From positions 372,001 through 436,000 of the forward strand of contig JAYWIR010000024.1 in the NCBI GenBank assembly GCA_036172245.1: a stretch of DNA of 64,000 nucleotides. Direction: 5' to 3'. Of the stretch, positions 24,940 to 37,030 are shown piece after piece (positions within the stretch are counted from its first letter, which is position 1; every line of letters starts with the position of its first letter). A model generated the notes under the pieces. That model did no database searches. It had not been told where the DNA came from and saw only the letters and a program-made list of their open reading frames with translations. Source of the DNA: Raillietiella orientalis (lineage: Eukaryota). A program made the position numbers and the translations under genes.

Positions 24940-25400
24940 TAATCGTTGGACCACATGATACATCCCCCTCAAATCCGCATCAAAAAACCATGTTCCCGCG
25001 CAGACACGGGAACGGGAGGTCGTCACTGAAGGTCACTCTAGAGATTCGTCAGCAGAGGGCACTGATAGAGCTCTCTTCCGGAGCTCACCTTTCGACATGG
25101 CAAAGTCGGGAAGAGTTCCTTCTGCACCGAGGAGCTTCGACTGCCATATCTCGGTGCACCAGCAGGGAACATCGGCAGCGACAGTAACAGGTCGATACGA
25201 CCAACAGTCCGGTAAGCGCCCGCTCGGTTTAAAAACGAGAAACTGTGGATCCGTCCTTTGTCTGCTGACATCAGATTTCTGTTTTTTTCTCGTGCATTGA
25301 GCAAAACCAGCGGAGTTCATCATGTTAAATAGCACCTTTGGAGAGCAGACCAAAGGCAAAACCCCTGCCTTGTGATGCAGCCAAAGTGAAGATGAAGAGA
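24940..25400 (-). mobile_element. Decayed non-LTR RT relic
   Basis: VLFNMM...LVFKPSGRLPDCWSYRPVTVA...TEIWQSKL resembles LIPK..D..NYRPITV...KIL; it is followed by a DLRGMYHVV segment resembling DLxKAYDSV. Confidence 0.45.
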
Positions 25401-25465
25401 GCATAGGAAGCTCACATGGACGATGGACTACTCTGCTCTTCGACCCTGCACCGAGAGAAGCACGA

Positions 25466-25517
25466 AGAAACTCCCGACATCCTCCCTCGGCCAGCAGGGA
25501 GGATGTCGGGAGTTTCT
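25466..25517. repeat. Perfect inverted repeat: 22-bp stem, 8-nt loop
   Basis: agaaactcccgacatcctccct-cggccagc-agggaggatgtcgggagtttct. Confidence 0.95.
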
Positions 25518-26820
25518 CGGGAAAAGCTGAACCGCCAGCAGGAAAAGCTGGAAATGAAGAAAGTCCTTTTTTCGGTTTTTCGAACTCTTCGAGAAATCGA
25601 AAGTAGGTAGCCGGTCGTTGCAGATCGAAAGCCACTGCTCGCGTCACGAAGCAACTTTATTGGGAAGGAATCCTACGGCAGGATCCCTCTGATTCCCAAA
25701 AGAACGACAAAAGGCAGTGAGCCAGAGACCTTCAGCACCTGGTCCTTCCTCAGGCAGTGGTCACCTGTCGTACTTCCGGTAGGTCAGGAACGAACATTTC
25801 CCCTTGAAGAAACCAAGGTCTTCCACGGAAAGGGTCGGGAAGAAGGTTCATCTTTAGACGTCGAAAGTGACCTGCTCTTTCTGTGAGACCTAGATCATCA
25901 AAGCATTCCTCCGAAGCTGGTAGTACGAGGTGTAATTTCAGCACACAGATTTTTTACAGAGACCATGGAGATGTCTAGAGGATCCATTGGATAGCCCACA
26001 AACCCTGATCCTGCCCGAATTGATGCGCCAAGTAATGCCAACGACCACTGAAAATTTTGGGTTCTCCAGATCTTGCATGTGATCGAGGAAGCCATAGAAT
26101 CTTTCTCAAGGCGAAGACGAGACGCACTTGGACCCATCACGGTCTCTGGATGTCACTGAACCTCTGTCTCCAAGTCGCGGGTGTCCGGCCCAAAATCGGC
26201 CATAGTGGAGACATTGCCGTGGGATGTTGAAAACACAAACCACTCTCCGACAAGATGCACATTTTCACGGATCAGATCTCGATGTATCAACTGACATCAA
26301 CCTCGAAAAAAAAGCCCCAGATGCTCAGTACGTAATGACGGAGCTTCCAGTTGTAAACTCGAAGATTCTGTTCGGGACGTTTACACTCGATCACGGTTGC
26401 AGGGTGCATCCTCCTTTCTTTTTTATTTGTTGCTTCCTTGATCCTGCTCCACTTACTCGACCCCTTCTTTCTTCCTCTCTTGACTCTTGAATCGTTTATG
26501 GAAGTTGGTAGTCTAAGACCTCGAGGATGAAGAGGCGCGCAGGGACACAATCGTCCTGCCGGAGCATTCATAACACGGAACCATCCAGCCTGTGCTCAGC
26601 GAGCTTTCTCTTTCGATCTTTGTTTCCGACTCAGCATCTCCCAACATGGAAATGACCGAACCTTAGCTAGACTTCTGGCAGCACTCCGTTCAGTCCCGCC
26701 TTCCCGTTCTCGAGTTTCCAAGCATCGCACGCTTTCGCCGCACCCCAACGCAGGATCAATAGGAGTTGAAAAGAGCCGAGCCTGTCTGGCGGAAGCCGTG
26801 CTCCTTCTTGGACTCATTGT

Positions 26821-26855
26821 GATCATCGAATTCGAATGAATCCAATTCGATGATC
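26821..26855. repeat. Inverted repeat: 12-bp stem, 11-nt loop
   Basis: gatcatcgaatt-cgaatgaatcc-aattcgatgatc. Confidence 0.85.
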
Positions 26856-27843
26856 CTGGAAAACGACGAGCTGCAGTGAGGTTTTCGAGGATGCGTCTGC
26901 GGCGCTTAACTTCACGAAACAGGATTGGATCTGTGTTCTGAAGACAGCTGCCTGCGTAAGAAAAACTTTACACTTTCAGCAGCCTGAAGAATGCTCGACA
27001 TATGCAGCAACATGATAAAGTCTTCCCATGGGAGAAGACTCTGGAACGGTAATCTGAGAGAGAAGATGAATTTACCTCGAGATGAAACTAGATTTTGCCC
27101 GAGGCTAATCTTCTGTTGAGTGTCCTGCTGTGCTCGAATCCTTCTCCCCCTTTGCTCTTCGTACCTATCCAGGCTCCAGCGTTGCGTCCAGAAACCAGCC
27201 TCTAACTAAAAAGTTCATCTTAAAGAACCAAAAGAGAGACCCAGCCGCTTCCCACATTCTACAACGGAAACTCTTCTGTACTAAGATGAGACGCCACGAT
27301 CACGATTCAGATGCAGGTGTTTCTTAGAAACGGTGATCGTTGAGGAGCGCTGACTCTCCCGTGGAAATGTGTCCTGCTTCAGTTTCCAGCAGGCGCGGAC
27401 ATCTGCAGCTGGAAGCAGCACCGGATGCTTCGCCATAGCAGTCGGGAGAAGTCAGTCCGATGCGTTCTCCCCTCTGCCTGCCATCTTACGACGTGCGTTA
27501 TCGATTGGAAACTGATAGATGTCGGGATTATGCGTGTGTGTTAGATCCTGGAAAACCGATGTGCATGCACGTGGATGTGTAGCTTTCTTTCCTTCTTTAC
27601 TGCTGCGTTATTTCTCTGGAAAAGAGAAAGGGAGCGGGAGAAACGCGAGGGAGTCAGCTGTCTGCTTGCTCTTCCCACTGAGTCTTCAGGATGCTGCGGT
27701 GCCAAAGCACGGAGCGGCCAACACGAGTGCCATCAGATTCTCCATCCGTCCGTCGCCATTCGGGAAATCCGCTTTAGGAGAATCCTTTAGGAGACTCTAC
27801 GAAGTAGCAGAAATGGAAGAGAAGAAGAGGAGGTAGTAGAAGC

Positions 27844-27876
27844 TCGCTTCTCGGCCTTTGGGCCAAGATCAAAGTG
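27844..27876 (+). pseudogene. U2: 5' fragment (~nt 2-34) of U2 spliceosomal snRNA
   Basis: TCGCTTCTCGGCCTTTGGGCCAAGATCAAAGTG versus the recalled U2 5' end ATCGCTTCTCGGCCTTTTGGCTAAGATCAAAGTG: about 2 mismatches over 33 nt. It stops just before the branch-point recognition sequence. Confidence 0.9.
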
Positions 27877-28265
27877 GATTTTGCGGATTATCGCTTCATC
27901 CATGCCGCGAGGTTGAATCTTATACCCATAAGAGGTGTGAAGAGGAGACCTCCAGCGGAAAGGAGTTGCAGGAGATGCAACCTTAGGGATGAGACATTGC
28001 CTCATGTTCTTAATTATTGCATGAGGCATTCTCGTCTCTGTATAGCTCGTCATGATGAAATAGTGCGACCTATACGAAATGCTGCTGCGGACGTCGCAGG
28101 ATGGAGGTTTATATCCGCAAACCGGACTGTGGAAGGAAGTGAGAGCATGGTGCGGCCGGATTTAGTCCTTCAGAAGGCTAATTCGGTCGTTGTCTTGCAA
28201 ATCTCTTGTCCTTTCGAAACTATGGAAGATGCATTCGCACAAACAAGAAGAGATAAGAAGGAAAG
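27877..28265 (+). mobile_element. 5'-truncated Utopia-like (NeSL clade) non-LTR retrotransposon: CCHC zinc knuckle plus restriction-like endonuclease
   Basis: FADYRFIHAARLNLIP...CRRCNLRDETLPHVLNYC...ARHDEIV...VRPDLVL...ISCPFE...AFAQTRRDK, directly abutting the U2 fragment. Homology is lost after ~28265. Confidence 0.85.
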
Positions 28266-29249
28266 AAGAAAGAAAACTTTGCACGCATCTCATCATGGCG
28301 CTACTCAAGCAAACACTAGTGACACTCCAGGGTTCGAGTCCTTCTTCCGAGAAGAAATGGAAGCTCGTGTGACTCTCGTGGAGAGGAAGGCCTGTCATGG
28401 AGCAAATCAAGAGTAATGGAAGACATGAAAGCGCAATATCCTCAAATCCCAGAGGAAGATGCCAACTGCTCTCATTCCAACTTTCCTTTAATGCACGGCG
28501 CATCGATTCGACGTCATGAAATTCTGGCGGTCAAAGAGCCATTCGGTGCCACGCATCCGGGCTTTGGAGGGCGACTAAAAGGCGCAAAACACAGGGAAGG
28601 GGAGCAGGCCTTTCCTACAGTGTCGGGAGGAAGAGGACGCCTGCGAGGGCTCCCCATTCGTGAAAGTGCACTGTCGCAGGGACTTGCCTTCTAGCTACTC
28701 GCCCAGCGGGAAAAAAAAAAAAAAAAAGGCGATACGGGATCGTTTTTCGGGGAAAAACTCGGCGAGCACCGCCTCCCAGGGAGTTTTTCGTTCCTGCTTT
28801 CTTTCACGGGAATCTCCTGTTCTAAATTATAGATCACCTTGTAACACTTTTCCCGCCTTCCTTGCGTTGAAATCTCCGAGGAAAATGAGCTCAGTCGAGT
28901 CTTTGATTCAAAGTGCAAGAGCATCCATTAGAAGGCTCTCGCAAGAAGAAAGATAGTGCTGCTTGGGTGCCTTCCATGGTTCTACTGCCCGTTCCGAGAG
29001 GACTCTCGCGTTCGAGCGGCCAAGGTCATGAAAGGCAGCGCGGGTCTGTCGTGGAGCATAAGACGCAAAAAGGAGAGGGGAGCCGGGGAAAGTAGAGTGG
29101 GTCACGGGAAGGAAGAGGAATGCGTGGTCATAGATGGTCACTGATTCCTCCGCTGACGACTCCCTGCTAAAGACTAAAAACAAAAAAAAACGGAAGGTGT
29201 CCTAGGTTAGGGGGATCGACCGCAGGATCCCGAAAAGGGTTTTTGGGAA

Positions 29250-29800
29250 TCCCAGGGCGGTGTCGCAGTCTTGGAGATTGCGTCTTGCAATTGTCTTTCT
29301 CTTCGACGGCCTAAAGGGACAACAGGTTCTCCCCCGACTGTCTCCCGTTGTCGACAGATACGGAGGAGCCTCCACGGTGGTGCTCCTTCTTCGATGGCGT
29401 GCCGGTGTTACCGCTGTGCGGGACCTCATGGGAATGGAATTTTTTGCCTGGGCAGCGGTTGCCCTGGATTCTCGTGGAACGACCCGCCGAACTCGCGCCC
29501 GAGTTTCCCTCGCTTCTCAGGGACTGCTCCAGTTCTGGTGAGGAAAGTCGTGCTTTCCCGCGTGAGCATCTTCCTCCTTGAAGAATGCCTCTCTGCTTCC
29601 CATTTCGCTTTTCGCTTCCCATTCCATCGTCGGTAGGCGCAGAGCTCCCTGGATCGATGGGTGGGATCAAGGCAATGCAAGTATCGATGGTGATGCTGCT
29701 TGGGGATGTTCTGCAGCTGCAAACAGAGCAGCTGATTCCTGTATCCAGAAGAGAAAATCTGAATTGCCTTGGGCAAACAGCCTCAGAGATGACCGTCCCA
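29250..29800 (-). mobile_element. Possible decayed non-LTR RT relic
   Basis: CLQLQNIP / CIALIPPIDPGS / KQRGILQG segments in shifting frames resemble early RT motifs. Confidence 0.3.
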
Positions 29801-31249
29801 CGGTCAGTTTCCCGATAACCTCCCTTTCTAGGGTTTCTAGTAACCCTTATTCCTCCAAGCGCGCGCGTGCAAAACTTGGGACTTATTGGCAAAAGCACAC
29901 CCTTCCTCCCATCTTCCTTCCCAATCCTTCCTCCCGACCCTTTCCGTGGAAGACTTTCGGAGGTCACTCACATCGTGAGATCGGTCCGTCCCAGTCCTTT
30001 ATTTATTTATCGCCCTCCTTCTCCTGCTCACTATGAGGATCCGACCCTTTCGAGATCGGATGCGCGCACTCTGGACCATTTTATTTTGCCTTTTCCCGCA
30101 ACGTCCCCATCATTCGTTTTCAGCAAGCGGCTCGGCACGTCCAGGATGCCGGAGCGCAGGTGCAGGTCGCCGGAAGTGGGGGGGGGGGGCGCTCGCGATC
30201 CGCAAGCACACACTCGTGGGTATTTCAGGGGGCTGAGAACAAATCTGCAACCGAAAGAGGGATCAGCTGATGCTGCGCCTCGCCTCCTGCGTCGCTGAGA
30301 ACCGCCGCCCGGAGGGATCCGCTCACTGTTTCGAAAGCTCCGCCGACAGTCCGCTCGGTGCTCAGCAGCAACCGGCGCTGGGAAACCCCGGCACCGGTCA
30401 GGTCCGCCTACCATCTTCTCCCCCTCCCCCTTCCTCTTCCAAAAGTAGACGGCCCCGTTGGAGCTTGCCTCTGGGAGGACCGTCTGATCCGCAGTCAGCG
30501 GGTTGCGTCGGCTCTTATGCAAGCGGCGTTTCGGGAAAGAGGCAGCCAAGTGCCTCCCTCTAAGAGGACGCGTGCTCTTTCTTCGTCAAACTACCTTGGA
30601 GATTCCCGCACAACGAGCGTTCGTGGTGACTCTCCCCCGACTTTCGCCCTCCGTCTCTCTGGAAGAGAGGACTTTCGAAGAGGGAACGCTCACCAGAGTG
30701 CGGGCGTCTTACTGCGGTCTTCCGACCACAGCCACCCGTGGGGCAAACGGGAACATGGCGAACCTTTGAGAGCCTTTAGGCATGCTCAGGTCGAAAAATT
30801 TTGGCCACATCGAGGCCTCGCCTTGAACTTGCATTGCGGATGCGCAGAAAGTCCCTCCCCACCACCCGGTAGAACCGTTCCATCTGGCTGAAGAACCCCC
30901 CCCCTTCCTATTCGAAACGCGAGAGAGATCCGCGGGAGCTCTCTCTGATCCTGGATGAACTGCAGGAAAAGCTGAGCCAACTCCTATCGGCCACGCTCAC
31001 AGGGGATTTCTTCCCCCCTCCTTCCCATATATATATAATTTGAGGAAGGGTCGTTTCGACATAACCTCCGTTTTCCCGGAGATGAATGTCAGCCCGAGAA
31101 ACGAAAGTGCCCACTCGAAAAGGGGTCAGATGAATCGAAGGAGCCACTTGTGCGGTGCTCCTTGGTGGTAATGCCGGGTCACGCGGCATCGCGCGTGGTA
31201 CCCCGAACCACGCATTCCACACCGCGCAGGCCTCGAACGGCTGTTGTTG

Positions 31250-31400
31250 AACCAAAGGCGGAAGCGGAAGGCACAAACAAAGGACGCGAGGTGGGCGACT
31301 CCACGTTGTGGGAACAACCGCAAGCAACGCGACAATCACCAGAATGCTCTTCATTGTTCTCAACAATCAGTTGTTCAATGATTGTTGACCAAATGCATTG
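31250..31400 (-). mobile_element. Possible Merlin/ISXO2-like DDE transposase C-terminal relic
   Basis: One frame reads HLVNNH*...EQ*RAFW*LSRCLRLFPQRGVAHLASFVCAFRFR, recalling H-x-VNH...IE..W...G..HL..YL.EF.FR; several stop codons. Confidence 0.25.
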
Positions 31401-34400
31401 TGGCTGATGGTTAAAGGATCGCGAGGAAAGTGAAAAGCTAGTTGGAGCACCCAAACGGCCGAAATCTTCTTGGAATCTCTTTCCTACAGCCGGGACGGCA
31501 TCTACGGGAACACGGGGCTTCCCGGAAAACGATTTCGAAACTCCCGCGATCGGGAGCGAATCCCGGTTTCCAGATATCCCGGGAAGAGGAGACTCTGCGA
31601 GTTCCACTTCAGGGTCAACGAGCCCGTCGTTGCCGATTCCCGAACCGAAACCCAGAGAAAGCTCTCCCGTTCAACCCCGGCAGCCACTTCGCCTGGGCGT
31701 GCGGCACCTACCCGAGGCACTTTATGTGGCAGGTTCCCTAATCCCTCCTGACCCTTCGGTGTTGCTCGCAACGGCTTCAGCAGAATGGACTTCCCCATGC
31801 CCTGCTTTTTTTCGTGTTTCGCAGCTTGGCAAAAATAAAAGGGGATGAGCGGCAGGGATTTCGCATGCCTGAACAGGGTTGTTGAGGTCTTCCCCAGGCC
31901 TCCGCCGGCCGTCAGCTCGCTCATACCCGCTGTAAACGTGAGATGCACTAAAGTGATCCGGGAGCAGTTTCCACACTCCGCTTCGTGGAATCAGCGATTG
32001 CACAGATTTCGTCCCGATGTGCTCTGCCTGCGGAAGAGCTTCCAGAACAGCTTCCAGCATCCAACGGATGTTGCAAAATTATTGCGTGCTCTCAAGTACC
32101 GATGCGTACTTGCAAAGAGGCACTTGTTGTTGTACACACGATGTTCTTCACATGTGTATGGATGCGGCTCTGTGGGTAATTCGCGCTCGACGAATGAGTT
32201 TAAGGTCGATGCTTCCAACGGGCGGCAAGAAATGAGATCTCAGGTCCATGGGATGTGAATTCAATGCTCTCCTGCATTTTCTCCTAACGTGAACGTAATT
32301 TCTTTGAATTGAATGGACATTTCGGACTGTACATTTCGGAATCGGAGTGACCTGCCTCCTTCCACGTCTTGTGCCCGGATCACGTCTCTCTAGAGCTGGA
32401 GAAAGGAAACACACCATTCCGAACACAGTTGGACACGACTCGTGTTTGCGGCATGTGTATCGGAAGAACAGACCTGTAGTTCGTCCTGCTTGGCTCCCAA
32501 ACAGTTTTCCTTGCCAACTTGTCCTAACCATCGCTAGAGCGCCCGTCATGCAAAGTCCTCAGTTCCGAGCAAATGTAAATCGCTCTGATCCCGGGAAGGT
32601 TTACTCTTAGTGCAGCTGACCAACTTTAAAATACCGCTGCCATCCAGAACTGAGTATTTCAACAACTGGATTCCGCCACTGATGGAAGATAACGATCTCA
32701 TCTTGCCGGGAGGGATTCCCCAAGGACACGAACTTCCTTTTGCAGGCATCTTGCACTCGGGAGAATTGTCAACGAGAAAGTCCTGAAAGTACCTCAATCT
32801 TGTTGTGAAGTGGAGATGAAATGAAGGGAAGTGGGGGTGGACACGATGAGGCCTGCAGGCAGTTTCCGAAAAGCAAGTGGAATTTTGGGGGGGATGGACG
32901 CAGAGAGGTCCATTCGCCAGAAGATGCTAAGGACACAAGAAAACGAGTATTGCACCGCGGCGTTCCGCTACCAGCACATACACTCCGCGGCGAGGAGGAG
33001 GGCTGCAGGAAATTTCATGGTCTTCCAATCCGTCTTCCACGTATGGAGGGGTCGATCCCTCCGCGGTGTTTTTGTGGAAAGTCAGCCACAGGGACATGCA
33101 GAGAGCAGCAGTATGAAGGACGGTATCGGATTAAACGAAGCGAATGGGATCCTTAATCTCGACTTTGTGCTTCCGTTCCACCTGTGGAGAGGGGGTACTC
33201 GATTGGGTCAGTTTTTTTTTCCTAAGGGAGCAAAGATTCATGACGGGAAGGATGTGCCTCCGTTTTCTCAAAAATATACTTCACCTCGATCCTAAAGAAG
33301 CTGGCATGAAATTCCCGGTGCGCGTTGCACTGCTAAAGAATCACAAGGGGGCGAAGCTTCGTCGTGAGAATTTGCTCTGAGTATCCTCATGAGTGCGTTG
33401 GGATGCACTGCTCGACGAGACGTAACTACAGAAACAGGAACTTTCCGCCTTCCCGGAAAATGATTCTGAAAAGCTGGGGCGGCTGCTTCTGCGATCAGGT
33501 GCTCCGGAAGATCCCATCACAACGAGGCAGCTACTGAAGCTTGAAGGCCGGCGCTCCCGCATCGGATTCCCTGGGTTCTCCGTTTCCATCTCATTTTGCT
33601 CGAAGTTCCAGGAAAAACGCAATTTCGGTCCCCAAGGGCACATCCTCACAAAAGGATTGCAGCTTCTTTCCGAAACAGATGCTCCGGATGGATGGGAAGG
33701 ACCAAACGTTGGGTCGTGACACCTGATGCAATGCCCGTCGCTACCCGTGAGAGTTGTTGATCGCCATGGTCAGCTGGACGGTGTCAACAACGGAAGCCAG
33801 GATCCTCCAGGGAGTGCGCAACGACTCGCCCTCCGAAGCTACCGGGCGTGGACACGGGTGGCTCTGGAGCGTCGAGAGCCTCCACTCCACCTCCATGAGA
33901 GAGGCGTTCCCGTTTTCCTGCATCCTGTCGCAGGAGAACAGCAGGTTCTTCGGGTTCCGGACAACCCCTAAGATACTTTCGTGACTGTTGCCGGCAACGT
34001 GGAACGTTTCATCCATTTTCATCCGGATGCACCTCTTCTAGCATGCTTTCCTCCCCGAAGCCTTCCTCGAAACAGCCCCCGCTTGTCGAAGCGGGAGAAC
34101 GCTCAGTCCTAAGAGCCCCGTGAGGAAAACGTTTCAGAACCGAAGTGACTTCTACCCGTTCTCAAGTTCAGAACGGGAGAAAAGCACACCCTTTTTGGCA
34201 CTGGAACTCGAACCTCCCCAGTGGCGGCTCCAGTACGTGGAGAGCCGGCTCCGCTTCTGCCGTGGACAAACCAAACATCGGGCTGCGGTGTGCCCGATTC
34301 GGAGCTTGCCAAATCTCACGTAAGAAGCTTGGCTTCTGCAGATGGCTGGACCGCGGCCCAGGAAGTCGGCGTTCGCCGAGGAGAGAGCAGCGAAACAACC

Positions 34401-36189
34401 GTCCTCAAGATACACGTCCGATCTTCGGGACAGAGTCGTTCCCGCCCCCCCTCCTCCCGGCTGCCCGTTCCAGGATGCCGGCGAGTAGCAGGAGGAAGTT
34501 CTCGACTCAGGAGAGTTTCGGCACCCGCTCGTCTGGAGTCGCTGCGGGCTCATGCGTTGACGGTGGTAGCAAAGACCCTAGTGAGACCCTGGAGGTCCGA
34601 TGAGGACAGCTTCTGAGCGTAGTCCAGTCGACCCCAAGTCCCCATAGAAATCCGTCTTGCGATGCAGACGATCAAAAAAGAAAGAGAGAGACTGTTCGGT
34701 GATTGATGATTACTTAATCCATCCCAACTGATTAATTGACGAAACGCCTTATGTATTACACGTGCTGATGAAGAGGCTATTGAGAAGGGCTTTCTAGTTA
34801 GCAAGATTGACTAATGGACCAATTCGACAGCCGGGTGAACCCTCTCACTCGATGCTAAGAGTAGACACCTCTCGCGTTCGCGGCGGCGAGTCCGTGCTTT
34901 CGAGTATCCGAGAAACTCCTTCCGGTCGCATCTCCTCGTCGGCAGCTTCGGTGCGCGGATGGCACGGAGCGCGCGGTACCTGAGATGCTCCGCTCTTCCG
35001 GTCCCCACGAGATCCAAATTTGCAGGATCAACAGATCCCCATCTCATATCAGGGGAACAGCAGCGGGCCCCGTTCCGAGCTCCATCATGCTAATCCCCAA
35101 GGGCGAAGCCGCCGCAGCCCGCTCGACGCCATTCGTCGCCTGCCGTCCTCCCTCCTCTGTCGCGCGAACAGAATTTGTTGCAAACGCAACACGTCTTCAT
35201 AAAGGCGAAGTTTCATCCCGGCTATCGCTCCGGCGTATTGGAGGCAAGCAGGGAACAGGGAAGCCTCAGCAATGAATCACCATTACCACTGCGTCAAAGA
35301 GAAACATTCCGGAGTGGGAGCAGCACGGGGAAACCGCAATTTTTGACCAATAAATCAAGAGGGAGCTCGCGTATAAGCCTTCGCATTACATCATGAATAG
35401 GTAATGCAATGACGGTCTTTACTCCGGCGGATGGCCGGGGATTTAACGTGCCTTTTGCTGCTCGGAATGAACCCTTTAAACCTCATCCTCTGTCTTTGGA
35501 TGCATTCCTGGGATTTATCGGTAATTTTGAATGAAACGAACTTCGCGATGATCCGGAGGCCTGCGTAGGTCTCCGGCGCGGCGGAGGAATGAGCGAAACT
35601 CTGATTCGCTTCTCTCTCCCTCGAAGGAAATGAGAGGAGCGTCCTTGCCAAGGATCCTTGGGTGAGATCGGTCAGAGTACGGAAGAGGAGGTGCGTACGC
35701 CCACGAGCCCCCGGATTTGTCGTGGATGAAAGTAATGCAAGATCATCTCCACGGCAAGACGGAGAGCGATATGATCCCGAAGTCGGCATCTGGGATCGTC
35801 CGTAAGAATCCATCGCGAAGATACTTAGACGGCTTTGATAGGAAACGGGAAACTCAGACTGCTCGCGTTCTACCGACCTTTTGGAGGGAAAACCTCAGGC
35901 ACGAATGCCTCTGGTACGCATGGGAGTACGCGAAGTACGAAAACCAAAAGGTACATCAAGGCGTGGGCTCTTCGCCCACGATCCCTAAGCGCCACGAGAA
36001 CCCCAGCTTTTCCATTTCCACCTCCCAGGGAACCCCCATCGGGAACTGACTCTGCTCTGGGTCTCTGATCCGATTGGGCAATGGGCCAAGGAGAACCAGA
36101 GTTCGACCTTTCTACTGACACTTTCTGTTCTTCTCAGACCTTCCGAATGCTTTCGGAAAGAGACACTTAATATCCGAAGGAAGACTGGA

Positions 36190-37030
36190 AGTCGCAAGTT
36201 GTCAGCCGATGAGAGCAGGAAGAGTTCATACCGAAGCATCTTCGACGGCCATCCTTTTCTCAAGCCTCCTTGGTTCTGCATTCTCCTCCTCCAGGTGTTT
36301 TCGTCACGCGACCTTTTCTGAGCAAACTGCGGGGACGGGGGAAGGGAAACGAACGTACGATCGCACAGAATCAAAAGCAAAAGACAGTTCGCTTCTGGAC
36401 GACACTGCCATCTGGGATATCCTGTACTGAAATTCCAAGCAAGAGAAGCAGAACCAGAAATAGCAGAGGCGAAGAAACCTTTCAGGAGCCGGAAAACTAT
36501 GCTATGATCTACGGGTCTTCTTTCAACGGCGACGAAGAGCTTCGGCTTCTCAAGTGTTCTGGAAGGCTTCGCTCGATCACCTCCCGGCTCGCAACTCGAA
36601 TTTGTGGACCTGAGTCCCTTGAATAGATCGTATTTGATGACTTGCTAAGAGGCAAGGAAGCTGGCCTTGAGGTTTTTCCTTCGCCCCTTGGCTGTGGGTA
36701 CAAATTAGTCTCTAATGGAACCTTTCGCTCATCTTCCTCTATCCGCAGCTGGAGCGGCAGCTGGTTGTCGGAAACTCCCGGGAGCCTCGTGTGCTGCGTC
36801 TGCGAACCACTCCCTGTCCAGCACCCAAATTTCCTTTCCACGAAATTCCATGCCGGTCTTTTCAACTTCCTCCACTCGTCCGTGTAAGACTGGAGAGCAA
36901 AGTTTTAACTGCTACCTCTGATCCGTTAGTCTTCGTCCCATAGCTTGCTGAAACCGCTTCTGCTTCTCCTTCACATAAGGTTTGAAAACAAAAAGATGGC
37001 CGCACGTCATGATCATCACATGAAGAAGTC
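36190..37030 (-). mobile_element. Decayed non-LTR RT relic
   Basis: DDHDVRPSFCFQTL (NWRPI-like), then GGLRKGWPS (GVRQGCPLS-like), then LLSSADNL (LAYADDL-like), in the expected order. Confidence 0.35.

Noticed and set aside
28331..28341. GGTTCGAGTCC B-box/T-loop-like motif
   Set aside because: No A-box or cloverleaf upstream; not a tRNA
30908..31366. Minus-strand ORF starting with signal-peptide-like MKSILVIVALLAVVPTTWS
   Set aside because: No recognisable mature domain or convincing splice donor; it overlaps a possible transposase relic
36124..36137. tctgttcttctcag resembling the U2 3' flank of a Utopia insertion
   Set aside because: 14 nt with a mismatch, 8 kb from the element, and the homology does not extend
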